Below are positions 36,607-46,345 of a DNA stretch of 51,400 nucleotides, in pieces (position 1 is the stretch's first letter; each line of letters starts with the position of its first letter). Under the pieces are notes generated by a model. It was not told the origin of the DNA. It searched no databases and saw only the letters and a list, made by a program, of their open reading frames with translations. The DNA is from Candidatus Saccharimonadota bacterium (lineage in GTDB: Bacteria > Patescibacteriota > Saccharimonadia > Saccharimonadales > 2-12-FULL-41-12), in contig JALHOM010000008.1 in the NCBI GenBank assembly GCA_022842995.1, positions 1-51,400 on the forward strand. The letters are read 5' to 3'. The position numbers and the translations under genes are program-made.

Positions 36607-38037
36607 TTATTGGGAAAGGGCTTCGAGTTGGGTGGAGATGCGGGAGAGGGAGCGGTCTTTGCGCAAAACAGCGAGGCTGCCGGCGAGTTCGGGGCTGGCC
36701 GGGCTTTGGGTGGTGGCAATTCGGATCAAGCTAAAGAGCACGGCGGGTTTTTGACCGGTTGACTCAAGTAGTTCGTTCAGGCAGTCTTGGATCTTCTCCG
36801 TTGACCATTCGCAGTTTTCGAGGGCGGTTTTGGCTTGGGTCAAGATGTCAATGAGTTCTGTGGTCTCAAGTTTTTTAAGTTGTTTGTGTGACGAAATTAG
36901 TTCGTGGTTGATCTGCAAGTCGATAAAGAAGAAGCGGGTTAGCTCGGGTATTTCGCTGTATTTTTTGAGACGTTCTTGAATCAGGCCGAGTACCGACTTT
37001 TTATAATCGTCATCGTATGCGTCAGATTCTTCGGGCCAGTATCTCGACGTTGCATTGTATAGTGACTCGATATCCATTTCACGGATATGAGCACCACTGA
37101 TCCATTGCATCCTGCGTTCGTCAAACCGGGCGCCAGAACTCTGGACTCTATCGAGTGAAAATTTGGCTATGAGTTCATCGACACTGAATATTTCCTGCTC
37201 TGTTCCGTCGTTCCATCCCAGAGTGGCTATGAAATTCAAGAATGCCGGCAACGGGATGCCCTCGTGGATGTATTCAAGCGTATCCTTAGCTCCGTCGCGC
37301 TTGGAAAGTTTTTTGTTCCCTGCCTCGTTCATAATCGGCGGTACGCTTGCAATCACCGGCGGCGTTATCTCGAGAGCCTCATAAAGGTTGAGGTAGTTTG
37401 GGGTGCTGGCTAAAAACTCTTGTCCACGGATAATATGGGTTATCTGCATCTCGGCATCATCGACAATGTGGGCAAAATTATATGTCGGGAAACCGTCTGA
37501 TTTTATAAGGATAAAGTCATCAATTACCTCTGGTCCGGTCTGGCGATCGCCCATGACTGCATCTGTCCATCGGTATTCTTTTGGATCGGATTTGAATCTT
37601 AAAGGTTTGCTGCCGTCCCAGTCGGTGCTCAAAGTTTCTGGTCGGTGATGACGGTACAAAAAAGCTCGCTTTTCTGCTTGGGCTTGCTCGCGAAAGGCTT
37701 GGACTTCTTCTGTAGTATATGGGTCGACGTATGCCCTGCCCGATTCAAGGAGTTTTAATGCCCATTTTTTATAGATATCGAGGCGCTCGCTTTGCCGGTA
37801 AGGACCGTAATCGCCACCAACATCAGGGCCTTCGTCATAGGTTAGTCCGAGTTCTTTTAGTGAACGCATAAGGTGTTCATCTGCGCCGGCGACTTCCCTC
37901 GCCTGGTCGGTATCCTCGAGACGCAAGATAAAATGTCCGTTACCCTGCCGTGCAAGCAGCCAGGCAAAGAGAGCGGTTCGTACGCCACCAACGTGCATAT
38001 AGCCGGTTGGGCTTGGGGCAAAACGTGTTCGTATCAT
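36607..38037 (-). CDS. gltX: Glutamate--tRNA ligase
   Basis: TRFAPSPTGYMHVGG (HIGH), RLEDTDQ, KLSKR (KMSKS). Confidence 0.98.
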   Translation of the reverse strand: MIRTRFAPSPTGYMHVGGVRTALFAWLLARQGNGHFILRLEDTDQAREVAGADEHLMRSLKELGLTYDEGPDVGGDYGPYRQSERLDIYKKWALKLLESGRAYVDPYTTEEVQAFREQAQAEKRAFLYRHHRPETLSTDWDGSKPLRFKSDPKEYRWTDAVMGDRQTGPEVIDDFILIKSDGFPTYNFAHIVDDAEMQITHIIRGQEFLASTPNYLNLYEALEITPPVIASVPPIMNEAGNKKLSKRDGAKDTLEYIHEGIPLPAFLNFIATLGWNDGTEQEIFSVDELIAKFSLDRVQSSGARFDERRMQWISGAHIREMDIESLYNATSRYWPEESDAYDDDYKKSVLGLIQERLKKYSEIPELTRFFFIDLQINHELISSHKQLKKLETTELIDILTQAKTALENCEWSTEKIQDCLNELLESTGQKPAVLFSLIRIATTQSPASPELAGSLAVLRKDRSLSRISTQLEALSQ

Positions 38038-38114
38038 CTGTTAATCATAGCATAGAGCGGTTTATAAATTACTTAAAAACATAGTAGAATAATACACAAT
38101 GATAGTTCAAAGAT

Positions 38115-38588
38115 ATGCCTAAACCACGACGAGGGGGCTTGGACTCACTAATCCTTCCACCGACAAATCCTAACACCCTTGTTTTTAGGAAGGGTGCGCT
38201 CGGCTTTGATCGTCCATACGTTAGTTTTGGAATTTTGGGCGAGTCTGATCTTATGGATAGATCGTTGCCGCCTGATTTACCAGGCGAGTTTGTGGTGTAT
38301 TTGTGCGAAAAATATTCTCGAGTTGTAGACGGAGGATATGTCGTTGATCACAAGGGCCTTAAGGGGGTTGGAGTTGTAGAGCTTGCTCTGAATTTACGTC
38401 GTGATTTAGGCCAAGCCTTGCCTTCGGTTGGGAACATGTTTAGCGAGCTTCAACGAATACTTGGATCGGCGGTCAACGACCAGTCTTTAAATGGTAAGGT
38501 CTTTGTCGACCAAGAACCTGGTTTCTATCTGGTGCTTGGTGGTAAAGCACTCTTTGGAGCCTCGTCAGAATTGCTCGTCGCTGATTAA
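38115..38588 (+). CDS. Hypothetical protein
   Basis: 157-aa ORF divergent from gltX. Confidence 0.6.
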   Translation: MPKPRRGGLDSLILPPTNPNTLVFRKGALGFDRPYVSFGILGESDLMDRSLPPDLPGEFVVYLCEKYSRVVDGGYVVDHKGLKGVGVVELALNLRRDLGQALPSVGNMFSELQRILGSAVNDQSLNGKVFVDQEPGFYLVLGGKALFGASSELLVAD

Positions 38589-38589
38589 G

Positions 38590-39717
38590 TTATAGACTGC
38601 TGGCGATTTTGAGGAGCTGGTCGGTAGATAGATTGGCATTACCTTCTAGCATGTACCAGACTCCCCCGCTGACCCACGTGGCGTTGGAGTTGTCGTAGAC
38701 GTAAACAGTCTTTCCTTCGTTTTGCCAAGTTTGGAAGCAGGTGTTGCAGTGGTTTTTGGTAACGTGATTGGCGAGTAGTGCAGTTGAGTTCCAGTTGCTG
38801 GCTCGTTGTGTCAGGCTGTAGCCTCGGTCGTCGGTGGTTGATTTGTAGCTTACGCGGACCTTACCTGGTTCGGCTTCTACGCCTCCGTTCACGGCATACC
38901 CTGCAGGCTTGTAGCCGGGTAGACTGGCGCTGACGCCAGATCGTTGGGCCGCGACTTTCATCTCGACCAAAGTTTTATTCTGAAAGCCAAAGAATCCTAC
39001 CAACAACAAAAAGGCTGCGCTCATGGCTGCGAGGTTTGCCGCCTTGTTTTTGAGTCCTACACGGCGCAGGAACGGAACTTTTTTAACGACGGTTTCTTCA
39101 AATGTTCTCAGATGAGCATTGGCATCATCGAGGGCGTGTTCCATGCGGTTGATTTCTTTGTGGACTGCTTGAGTTATTGAAGGCAATGACTGAACTGGTG
39201 GTTTAACGACGGGCAGTTCCACTGCTTTTTTAACGACCGGCTTTGGTTCGCCAAATCGTGACACGTGAGGACTGCGTGATAACATTTGGGCACGAGCTTC
39301 GCGAACGGCCGAATGGCCAGGAACTTTAACGGCCGGCTTCAGGGGCGTAACATCGCTTTTAGGCAGCACGGGTTTTTTGACCGATGGCCGCATGAGGGTT
39401 TTGGATTTTTCTAAGCGACGCTTGGCGTTTTGGGCTGCAGTGCGTGAAGTATAGGGTGATTTTCGCTCGGCGGTCTGGTCGGGTTTAGTTGAATGGGAAG
39501 ATTCGGTGGTTGAATGAGCACTTGCGTGCGCTTTGACGGTCACTTTGCGTTTAACAAAGCCGTCCAAGATTTGTCCTGAGCTTTTGGGCACAGTTTTGGC
39601 ATGATGATTGGGGCTCGGCGCTGGCTCGGGTTGGCTCGTAACAGATTTGGAGTCGTCAATAATCTGCCCGGTGCGGGCGTCGTATTTTCTCCCGTTGAGC
39701 TCGATCGTTGCTCCCAT
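38590..39717 (-). CDS. Single-TM protein with a disordered basic N-terminus and DUF4367-like C-domain
   Basis: SLPGYKPAGY...YSLTQRASNW...NATWVSGGVWY pattern. Confidence 0.75.
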   Translation of the reverse strand: MGATIELNGRKYDARTGQIIDDSKSVTSQPEPAPSPNHHAKTVPKSSGQILDGFVKRKVTVKAHASAHSTTESSHSTKPDQTAERKSPYTSRTAAQNAKRRLEKSKTLMRPSVKKPVLPKSDVTPLKPAVKVPGHSAVREARAQMLSRSPHVSRFGEPKPVVKKAVELPVVKPPVQSLPSITQAVHKEINRMEHALDDANAHLRTFEETVVKKVPFLRRVGLKNKAANLAAMSAAFLLLVGFFGFQNKTLVEMKVAAQRSGVSASLPGYKPAGYAVNGGVEAEPGKVRVSYKSTTDDRGYSLTQRASNWNSTALLANHVTKNHCNTCFQTWQNEGKTVYVYDNSNATWVSGGVWYMLEGNANLSTDQLLKIASSL

Positions 39718-40172
39718 TTTTAGCTACCCCTTCTTTTTGTCATATCCGTCCAAGTGCCAGCTGACATGTCAGTCTCTGTGATTTTCTGCGTACTTGTAGT
39801 TTTACGCATGATCGTGACTTTACGTATCTGTTCTTATTTTTAACTTTGTAAGAATTCGATATTTCTAGAATACTGGTTATGTATTCTTTGATACTAGTGT
39901 AAACCGAATTTTTAACTTATACAAAGTTTTTTTGCTTATCGACTTGCGGTCTAATCCTACGATTGCTGCACCGCACTTTCCGATGCGAGCAAATAACAGG
40001 GGCGGATCACGAAGGATTCTACTTTTGTCGACGAGGAAGCTGTGGGCTTTAGTCTGTAGTATAATTAGTCCGAGGCTACAATAGAAACAAACACCTTACT
40101 TCAGAGTTAAAAAACGTTTCTTGCAGTCGCCAAATAGGATAAACACCGTAATAAATATATGCAGAATTAAGC

Positions 40173-41672
40173 ATGGAATTTCTTGATCCAGTAGCAAAAA
40201 AACGTCGTGGCCAGCGTTTAATGATTGGTTATTTTTTGACGGGAGTGCTGATCTTGACGGCTGCGACCATTATTACCTACTGGTCATATGGTTTTAATGT
40301 AGATCGCAAAACTGGAGAAGTTATACAAAATGGCTTGATTTATATCGATAGTGCGCCCGACAACGCTCGGATTACTTTGCTTTCAAGCGCTGGGACTCAG
40401 CGCGCCACAACCAATACCAAGATGATCCTGGCCGAGGGTGAGTACACGCTAACTATTGCTAAAGATGGATATCGGGATTGGTCACGACAGTTATTGGTCA
40501 AGGGCGGCAGTATCCAGCGCATTACCTACCCGCTTTTGGTTCAGTCGACCATGAAGGAAGATCAGGTTGCCGATCTCGGTCAAGCACGCCCACAGGTGAT
40601 GACGCAGTCTCCGGACAGAAAGTGGCTCTTGGTGTCGCGTCCTGGTTCGTTCAAGCAGTACGCACAGTTTGATCTTGGGAATGTAGCTGCCGACACGATC
40701 TCGCCTGCGCAAACCGTCATTACCTTCCCGGATGGCGTCTTCAAAACACCTGACGGTCAGGCTAAGCTCGAGGTTGTAGAATGGTCAACAGACAATAAGC
40801 ACTTTGTGGCAAAGTACACCTACGGTACTGGCTATGAATATTTGATTTTGAATCGTGATCAACCGGAAAAAAGTATTAGTCTTAACCAAGTTCTCGGCGT
40901 TAACCCGGTGGAAGTATCGTTGCGCGACAAACAAACAAATCAACTCTATTTATTTGATCCGGTATCGGGATTTTTGCAACTAGCCGATGTTAACAGCAAG
41001 GTGATTACGCCTATTTTAAATAGCGTCACGGCTTATAAAACTCACGGCGAGGATGTGATTATTTATTCGCAGAAGATTAGTGATAATTCCCAGAACGTCT
41101 ATATTAAAGATAGCGAACAGACCTATCAGCTCTCTACTCTGCCCCTTGGCAAGACGTTGCTTGACGTCGCTCGGTTCCAGAAGAATTGGTTTTATATTGT
41201 TGGTAGCGATGCCGAAAAGAAGACCTATGTTTACAAAAATCCTGTCGAGAAGTTACGCTCTAGTCCTTCAGTCAGGATTGCGCCGTTATCGGTACTCCGA
41301 ACGATCGAAAACCTAGAACGGATTTCATTTTCTACCAATACGCGTTTTGTGATGGCGCACGGAGGCAAGACTATTGGAATTTATGACGTAGAGATGGACG
41401 AAGTGCACAAGATTTTGCTCAATGAACTGCCCGATCCGGCTACGAAGCCGTCCTGGATGGATGGTCACCGCGTTGTGCTGCATAGTGGTGGAAACGTGAG
41501 GATCTTTGATTTTGATGGCTCTAACTCACAGCAATTAGTGGCGGCTTCGGGTGATGAATCGATCTATTTTGACCGAGATTACACTGTTATTTATACTATC
41601 CGGAAGAGCGATCAGAGTGCCGATAGCTTTAAGTTATACTCTACCGATATCCGAGCTGAAGCAGATAAATAG
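40173..41672 (+). CDS. PEGA-like domain and beta-propeller surface protein
   Basis: N-terminal TM, GLIYIDSAPDNARI, GEYTLTIAKDGYRDW, WS and WMDG repeats. Confidence 0.8.
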   Translation: MEFLDPVAKKRRGQRLMIGYFLTGVLILTAATIITYWSYGFNVDRKTGEVIQNGLIYIDSAPDNARITLLSSAGTQRATTNTKMILAEGEYTLTIAKDGYRDWSRQLLVKGGSIQRITYPLLVQSTMKEDQVADLGQARPQVMTQSPDRKWLLVSRPGSFKQYAQFDLGNVAADTISPAQTVITFPDGVFKTPDGQAKLEVVEWSTDNKHFVAKYTYGTGYEYLILNRDQPEKSISLNQVLGVNPVEVSLRDKQTNQLYLFDPVSGFLQLADVNSKVITPILNSVTAYKTHGEDVIIYSQKISDNSQNVYIKDSEQTYQLSTLPLGKTLLDVARFQKNWFYIVGSDAEKKTYVYKNPVEKLRSSPSVRIAPLSVLRTIENLERISFSTNTRFVMAHGGKTIGIYDVEMDEVHKILLNELPDPATKPSWMDGHRVVLHSGGNVRIFDFDGSNSQQLVAASGDESIYFDRDYTVIYTIRKSDQSADSFKLYSTDIRAEADK

Positions 41673-41747
41673 TTAGATTTCTTTCCTGATAAGCTAGGTA
41701 GTATTTGGCTAAATTAAGGTGAGTTTTTGGGCTAGTGTGCGTAAATC

Positions 41748-43031
41748 TTAGAAGAGATTTTTAATTCGTTGCCACATACTGACAGAATTGCTCGGCAGTT
41801 GCTCTGGCTGTACAACAGTGATGTCTTGCGCTTTTGAACTTGGTTTATTTTGCGCAGGATCGGGGAATATTTGTTCAGCTTGGATGATAAGCCGGTTAGT
41901 AGAAGTCCCTGGTGGGTCGCAGGTAATTAGGGTGACGATTGATTTATCGCTGGCCGCCAGGACAGAAAAATCGGTCGGTGGGGTAACGTATTTGTTGTAG
42001 ACTTTATAGACGTAGCGTTTACCGTCCTTTTGGATGATGAAAGTGTCTTCGTCCTCAAGTGATTTCAGTAAAATAAACGCAAATTTATACTTGCCTTTGT
42101 TTAAGATATTGCTGGAGCTGTGGCCAAAGATAACCGCGTTGCCGATCTCGCCGGGGTTTGGAGTCGTCGGGTAATGAACCACTCCCCTTTCTAGACCTTC
42201 TTGAATCGCTTCTTCTTCGATAGTTTGCACGTCATAGATAACCGGAACTTCAACGTTAATCTTGGGGATGATTATTTTGGATTCTGGGCCAACTGGTCCG
42301 GTTGAATTAGGGTCAACGATAATTGGTGTTGCGCTGACGTTGCCGCTGGGGCGGATAAAGGGTGAAATAAATCGTTCGTTAAAGAAGCTGAATAACAGGA
42401 AAAAAACGACCAGCGCTCCCATGCTGAGGCCAAAGGTTGCGGCCTTTACATGGTGTTGGCGTCGTAAACGCTTGAGTTGAATTGCTGATGAGGCGGTAAG
42501 GTTGCGATGATCGTCATGCTCTGATTTATGGCGTCGATTAGTGATTTTGCTCGAGGCCGCCTTGCGCTTATGGGTATTGGTGCTTGCGCGATGTTGGGCG
42601 TCGGCATGGTGCGACGACCCATGTATGGCGGCAGATGTAGATTTTTGGGCTTCTTTTGATTTTACTTTTTCGGCAGCGTCGGAAGCTTCTTGGGCGGCTT
42701 TTTCTTCTTGTTTGAGCTTGCTCTGGGTCGAATAAAATTCTTGCCAGACTTCGTGCTTTTCTTGGTCGTTCAGTGATTGATAGTACTCGTGCCATGCGGT
42801 CTGGACCTCTGCCACGTCTCTGCCAGAGGTGGTGAGCATCTGCATGTATTTCTGGTGTTTAGAAAGGTGCTCGCCGCTAAGCTGGGTAATTTCTTTTTGC
42901 TCTTGCTCGGCGTCTGGTTCGTGAGAATAAATAGAATCCAGTTTGGCACGAGCCACATTTGCGGCTGCGTCACTGGCATGTGCAGATTTTTTCTGTTTAT
43001 GTGGAGGCGGAGTTATTTCGTCTGGATCCAT
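41748..43031 (-). CDS. Sortase with a long cytoplasmic N-terminal extension
   Basis: IPKINV, GVVHY, FGHSS (His), LITCDP (Cys), RLI (Arg). Confidence 0.9.
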   Translation of the reverse strand: MDPDEITPPPHKQKKSAHASDAAANVARAKLDSIYSHEPDAEQEQKEITQLSGEHLSKHQKYMQMLTTSGRDVAEVQTAWHEYYQSLNDQEKHEVWQEFYSTQSKLKQEEKAAQEASDAAEKVKSKEAQKSTSAAIHGSSHHADAQHRASTNTHKRKAASSKITNRRHKSEHDDHRNLTASSAIQLKRLRRQHHVKAATFGLSMGALVVFFLLFSFFNERFISPFIRPSGNVSATPIIVDPNSTGPVGPESKIIIPKINVEVPVIYDVQTIEEEAIQEGLERGVVHYPTTPNPGEIGNAVIFGHSSSNILNKGKYKFAFILLKSLEDEDTFIIQKDGKRYVYKVYNKYVTPPTDFSVLAASDKSIVTLITCDPPGTSTNRLIIQAEQIFPDPAQNKPSSKAQDITVVQPEQLPSNSVSMWQRIKNLF

Positions 43032-43217
43032 AGTGATACTTGTTGACCATTATAGTATAATTAGTGCGTTCAGAGATAGATATGCGTAAGTTTTAAGAAG
43101 TAAAAATCCAAAAACTCTGACTACATTAAAACAACTAAAGCCCTTTAAAACTTATTTGTGCCGCAGCGAGGGGAAAGCGCCTGTGGCTGAGAACTGCTAC
43201 TTTTAGAACTCTTTTGT

Positions 43218-43305
43218 GCCGCGGTGGTGGAATTGGTAGACACGCCAGACTCAAAATCTTGTGAGCTTTATGCTCGTGCCGGTTCAAGTCCGGCCCGCGG
43301 TACCA
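43218..43305 (+). tRNA. tRNA-Leu (CAA)
   Basis: GGTGGAATTGGTAGAC D-arm, CTCAAAA loop, long variable arm, GTTCAAGTC T-loop, encoded CCA. Confidence 0.93.
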
Positions 43306-43418
43306 ATGATTTCTAAATAATTAATCAGAGATTTTTTGAATTTCGTTGCTCGCACGTTTCTCAAAGTAATTTTATCGTCGGTAACATACCAACCCAGTAG
43401 TTTGGTATAGTTGACTCT

Positions 43419-44075
43419 ATGAGCAATGATCAAGTTATCGATAAAACCATTAGATTTCTGCGAGAGAAGTTCCATACAGAGAGTTCCGGGCATGATTATT
43501 GGCATATGTATCGTGTCTGGACTTTGGCAAAGCACATAGCAAAGTACGAGGACAACGTTAATTTATTTGACCTACAACTAGCGGCGCTTTTACATGACGT
43601 AGCTGATTGGAAATTTGTCGATGGCGATGAAGAAGCCGGGCCAAAGGCAGCGCGCGCGTGGCTGGCTAGCTTGGGAGTAAACGAGTCAACTATTTTACAC
43701 GTTGAAGACATTATTAGAAATGTGTCTTTCAAAGGGGCGAACGTTGAAACAAAATTATCCACAATCGAAGGTCGGATAGTACACGATGCCGACAAATTGG
43801 ATGCGATTGGTGCTATCGGTATAGGCCGGACATTCGCTTATGGTGGAGCAAAGGGTCGCCCGTTGTATGACCCAGACATTAAACCAGAGCAACACGACAC
43901 TTTTGTGGCCTATAAAAATAGCAATAGCCCCACGATTAATCACTTTTACGAGAAGCTTATGTTGCTAAAGGATCGTATGTTCACGCAAACCGGCAAGCAG
44001 ATGGCTGAACATCGACACGAAGTTATGGAGCAGTTTTTAACCGAATTTCACGCGGAATGGGATGGCGTTAAGTAA
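43419..44075 (+). CDS. HD-domain phosphohydrolase
   Basis: GHDYWH, ALLHD, VHDADKLDAIGAIG, HFYEKL. Confidence 0.93.
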   Translation: MSNDQVIDKTIRFLREKFHTESSGHDYWHMYRVWTLAKHIAKYEDNVNLFDLQLAALLHDVADWKFVDGDEEAGPKAARAWLASLGVNESTILHVEDIIRNVSFKGANVETKLSTIEGRIVHDADKLDAIGAIGIGRTFAYGGAKGRPLYDPDIKPEQHDTFVAYKNSNSPTINHFYEKLMLLKDRMFTQTGKQMAEHRHEVMEQFLTEFHAEWDGVK

Positions 44076-44096
44076 GGCTGTTAATCGGAAGTAATT

Positions 44097-44702
44097 ATGG
44101 GCGAATTTAAGCGACGAAGCCATGAGCAAGAGAAGCCATCAGTTGATATTGTGCGGGCTGCACCTGAAGATGCCGAGGCGATTTGCGATATTCGTGATCG
44201 AGCTTGGCTGAAAGCCTATACGGTTGATGCGCCGGATCTTAAGATCACAGAAGAAGATGTTTTGCTGGCTGCAAAGGGTCCAGATGATAGGTTTTTTAAA
44301 AACCGCGTTGAATATTTAAAGAAGCGGCTTGCCGAAGATTCTGGCCAAAACCTCTGGTTATATGTCGCAAAAATTGACGGCAAAGTAGTTGGCTATACCG
44401 ACCCGAGTCTTGATGATCGCGGTCGGAGACGTATTGGTGCAATGTATGTTGATCCTGCTCAACAAGGCAAAGGTGTTGGCGGAAAGTTGATTCGTCAGGC
44501 GCTAGAGGCTTTAGGACGCGACCAAGATATCTACCTTGAAGTTGTTGAATACAATCAAAACGCCATTGGTTTTTATGAACATTTTGGCTTTGTAAAAACC
44601 GGCAACCCCGCACCTCCAGAAGAAGGTCGCCCAGAATACCTTGTCACCTTCCCTGAAATAGAAATGGTCCTAAAAGCCCAAAAAAAATCCCACGTCCCTT
44701 AA
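44097..44702 (+). CDS. GNAT-family acetyltransferase
   Basis: MYVDPAQQGKGVGGKL, NQNAIGFYEHFGF. Confidence 0.92.
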   Translation: MGEFKRRSHEQEKPSVDIVRAAPEDAEAICDIRDRAWLKAYTVDAPDLKITEEDVLLAAKGPDDRFFKNRVEYLKKRLAEDSGQNLWLYVAKIDGKVVGYTDPSLDDRGRRRIGAMYVDPAQQGKGVGGKLIRQALEALGRDQDIYLEVVEYNQNAIGFYEHFGFVKTGNPAPPEEGRPEYLVTFPEIEMVLKAQKKSHVP

Positions 44703-44995
44703 GCTTGTTAAAACCTTCAAAAAACCAATTCTTCACAATTTTAAAAAATTGCACCAAGACTTGCCCGTATTCCTATCTGTTATTTCAAAAATCTGCATTT
44801 TCCTCATCTGTTAAAGATCCGACCTTTTTAAATTTCGCTACTGAAGGAATTATTAAACGTCTAAAAAATCAAGCAAGGAACCTGCTTGATGCGGTGCATT
44901 ATGTCGTTGATAACTCGAAGTAGTTTAGTTATTAGCAATAGTTTTTTGCGCAGGTATGCCGTAGATCTACCTTGTTAGTAATTTTTATCGTAACT

Positions 44996-46279
44996 TTAGC
45001 CTGCTTGTTGCGAAGCAGTGTCTAGTTCTGGGATTGATTGGGGTTTGACGCCCATGGGCTGTAGTTGTGGAATATTAAGGCCAGAGAATACGGGTGCAGG
45101 TTCGGATGGGGGTGTGGTTATCGGGACTTCCTCTTTGAACGGTTTGTTGAGCATGCCAACAAGATAATTTGAAGTTTGTGATGGTGTCCCGAACATGCAG
45201 TAAACGGCATTGGGGTTCGGGTTGAAGCCGAACCGCTTGTCGAATTCCCTGATGGTTCGAGCGGATTCTTTGTTAAAAAGAGCTATTCTTTTTTTGATCT
45301 GTTTAGGATTATTTCCAAATGCTCTTCGCGTTTGTTGCAAGTACCAGCCGTCGTTTGGTCCGATCCTGGTAAGTAGCGGGTGGAACAAATAGTTCTTTTT
45401 TGTTATGGCGGAGCTACCGCTTTTAATGAAGTAACAAGGGTCGTACATCGGGGATTTAGGTACCGTTCTTACAATGTCTACAATTCCTCCTGAACCAGTA
45501 GCGCCTGTCATGAACTCTCTTCCCGCGTACACTCCTGTTGCGCTGAATGGGTTTGGATTCAGTGCTTGCGCGCCATACATGTATACGATTTCGCCACGGT
45601 TTGGTTTGCGGGTTTCATTTTTCACTGTGTCGATTGGGAACGGTTTAATTGTGCGATAACGTCTCCTTTGTTGAGGTATTGGTTGTAATCTAAGCAAGGC
45701 GACGTCGTTGTTTAACCCGCTGGGGTCGTTAGAGGTTATTGCGCCGACTACTTTAGCCAAGGGTGTCAGCATAAAATCTCTTGGGTTGGCAATATAGAGC
45801 TGATCTTTCATCTGATCGTCGAGTCTGATGCTTCCCGTTTTTCCTTGAAGGGCTCCTTCTTTAAGCCTCAAGCAATGAGTTGCTGTCTTCACCACGTCGG
45901 GGACCGTTAAGTCGGTATCGGGGTCTCTGATCGCCTCCATGGTTCCATTGCATACTTGAATGTTCTCAAAGCCATCGGAATGGTAGTTCTTGATAACTAT
46001 TGCAACGGCACTTCTTTTGAGCCTTCGGAAGGTCGCCGGTTCTTGGAATCGGCCTATGACCTCAGCACTTACATGGTTCGTAGGGCGTCCAATCCTGTCT
46101 GCTCCCCCGGGAAGTTCGATATGTATTCCAGCCGGTGCTTGTTGGGCGGCATTTGCAGGGGACTGCCCAAAAAATGCAGCCGCGCCTAACGCGCCTATTA
46201 CGGAGACAAGAGCTCTATATGGAGCATTGTTACGCCTGAGGCTAGGGTCGGCTGAAGGGTTAAGCCTTGGCATATTCAC
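44996..46279 (-). CDS. Secreted trypsin-like (S1-fold) serine protease homologue
   Basis: Signal peptide; CNGT, TATHC, NDVALLRL and KSGSS in chymotrypsin motif order. Confidence 0.65.
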   Translation of the reverse strand: MNMPRLNPSADPSLRRNNAPYRALVSVIGALGAAAFFGQSPANAAQQAPAGIHIELPGGADRIGRPTNHVSAEVIGRFQEPATFRRLKRSAVAIVIKNYHSDGFENIQVCNGTMEAIRDPDTDLTVPDVVKTATHCLRLKEGALQGKTGSIRLDDQMKDQLYIANPRDFMLTPLAKVVGAITSNDPSGLNNDVALLRLQPIPQQRRRYRTIKPFPIDTVKNETRKPNRGEIVYMYGAQALNPNPFSATGVYAGREFMTGATGSGGIVDIVRTVPKSPMYDPCYFIKSGSSAITKKNYLFHPLLTRIGPNDGWYLQQTRRAFGNNPKQIKKRIALFNKESARTIREFDKRFGFNPNPNAVYCMFGTPSQTSNYLVGMLNKPFKEEVPITTPPSEPAPVFSGLNIPQLQPMGVKPQSIPELDTASQQAG

Positions 46280-46345
46280 ACCTCAAAATAGTCTTAAAAA
46301 TACCACAAAACATCCAGATACTATATCACTAAATGCTCAAGCTTG

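Noticed and set aside
36477-36719. 80-aa minus-strand ORF across the second palindrome
   Set aside because: It overlaps the gltX 3' end out of frame, and its composition reflects the palindrome.
39940-40170. tmRNA or riboswitch suggested by GGGGCGGATCACGAAGGATTC
   Set aside because: No TTCGAC D-loop motif, no T-arm/CCA 3' end and no tag frame; only a weak hairpin in a divergent promoter region.
44705-44923. 72-aa ORF after the GNAT gene
   Set aside because: TTG start, no promoter or RBS evidence, no motif; at most a gene remnant.
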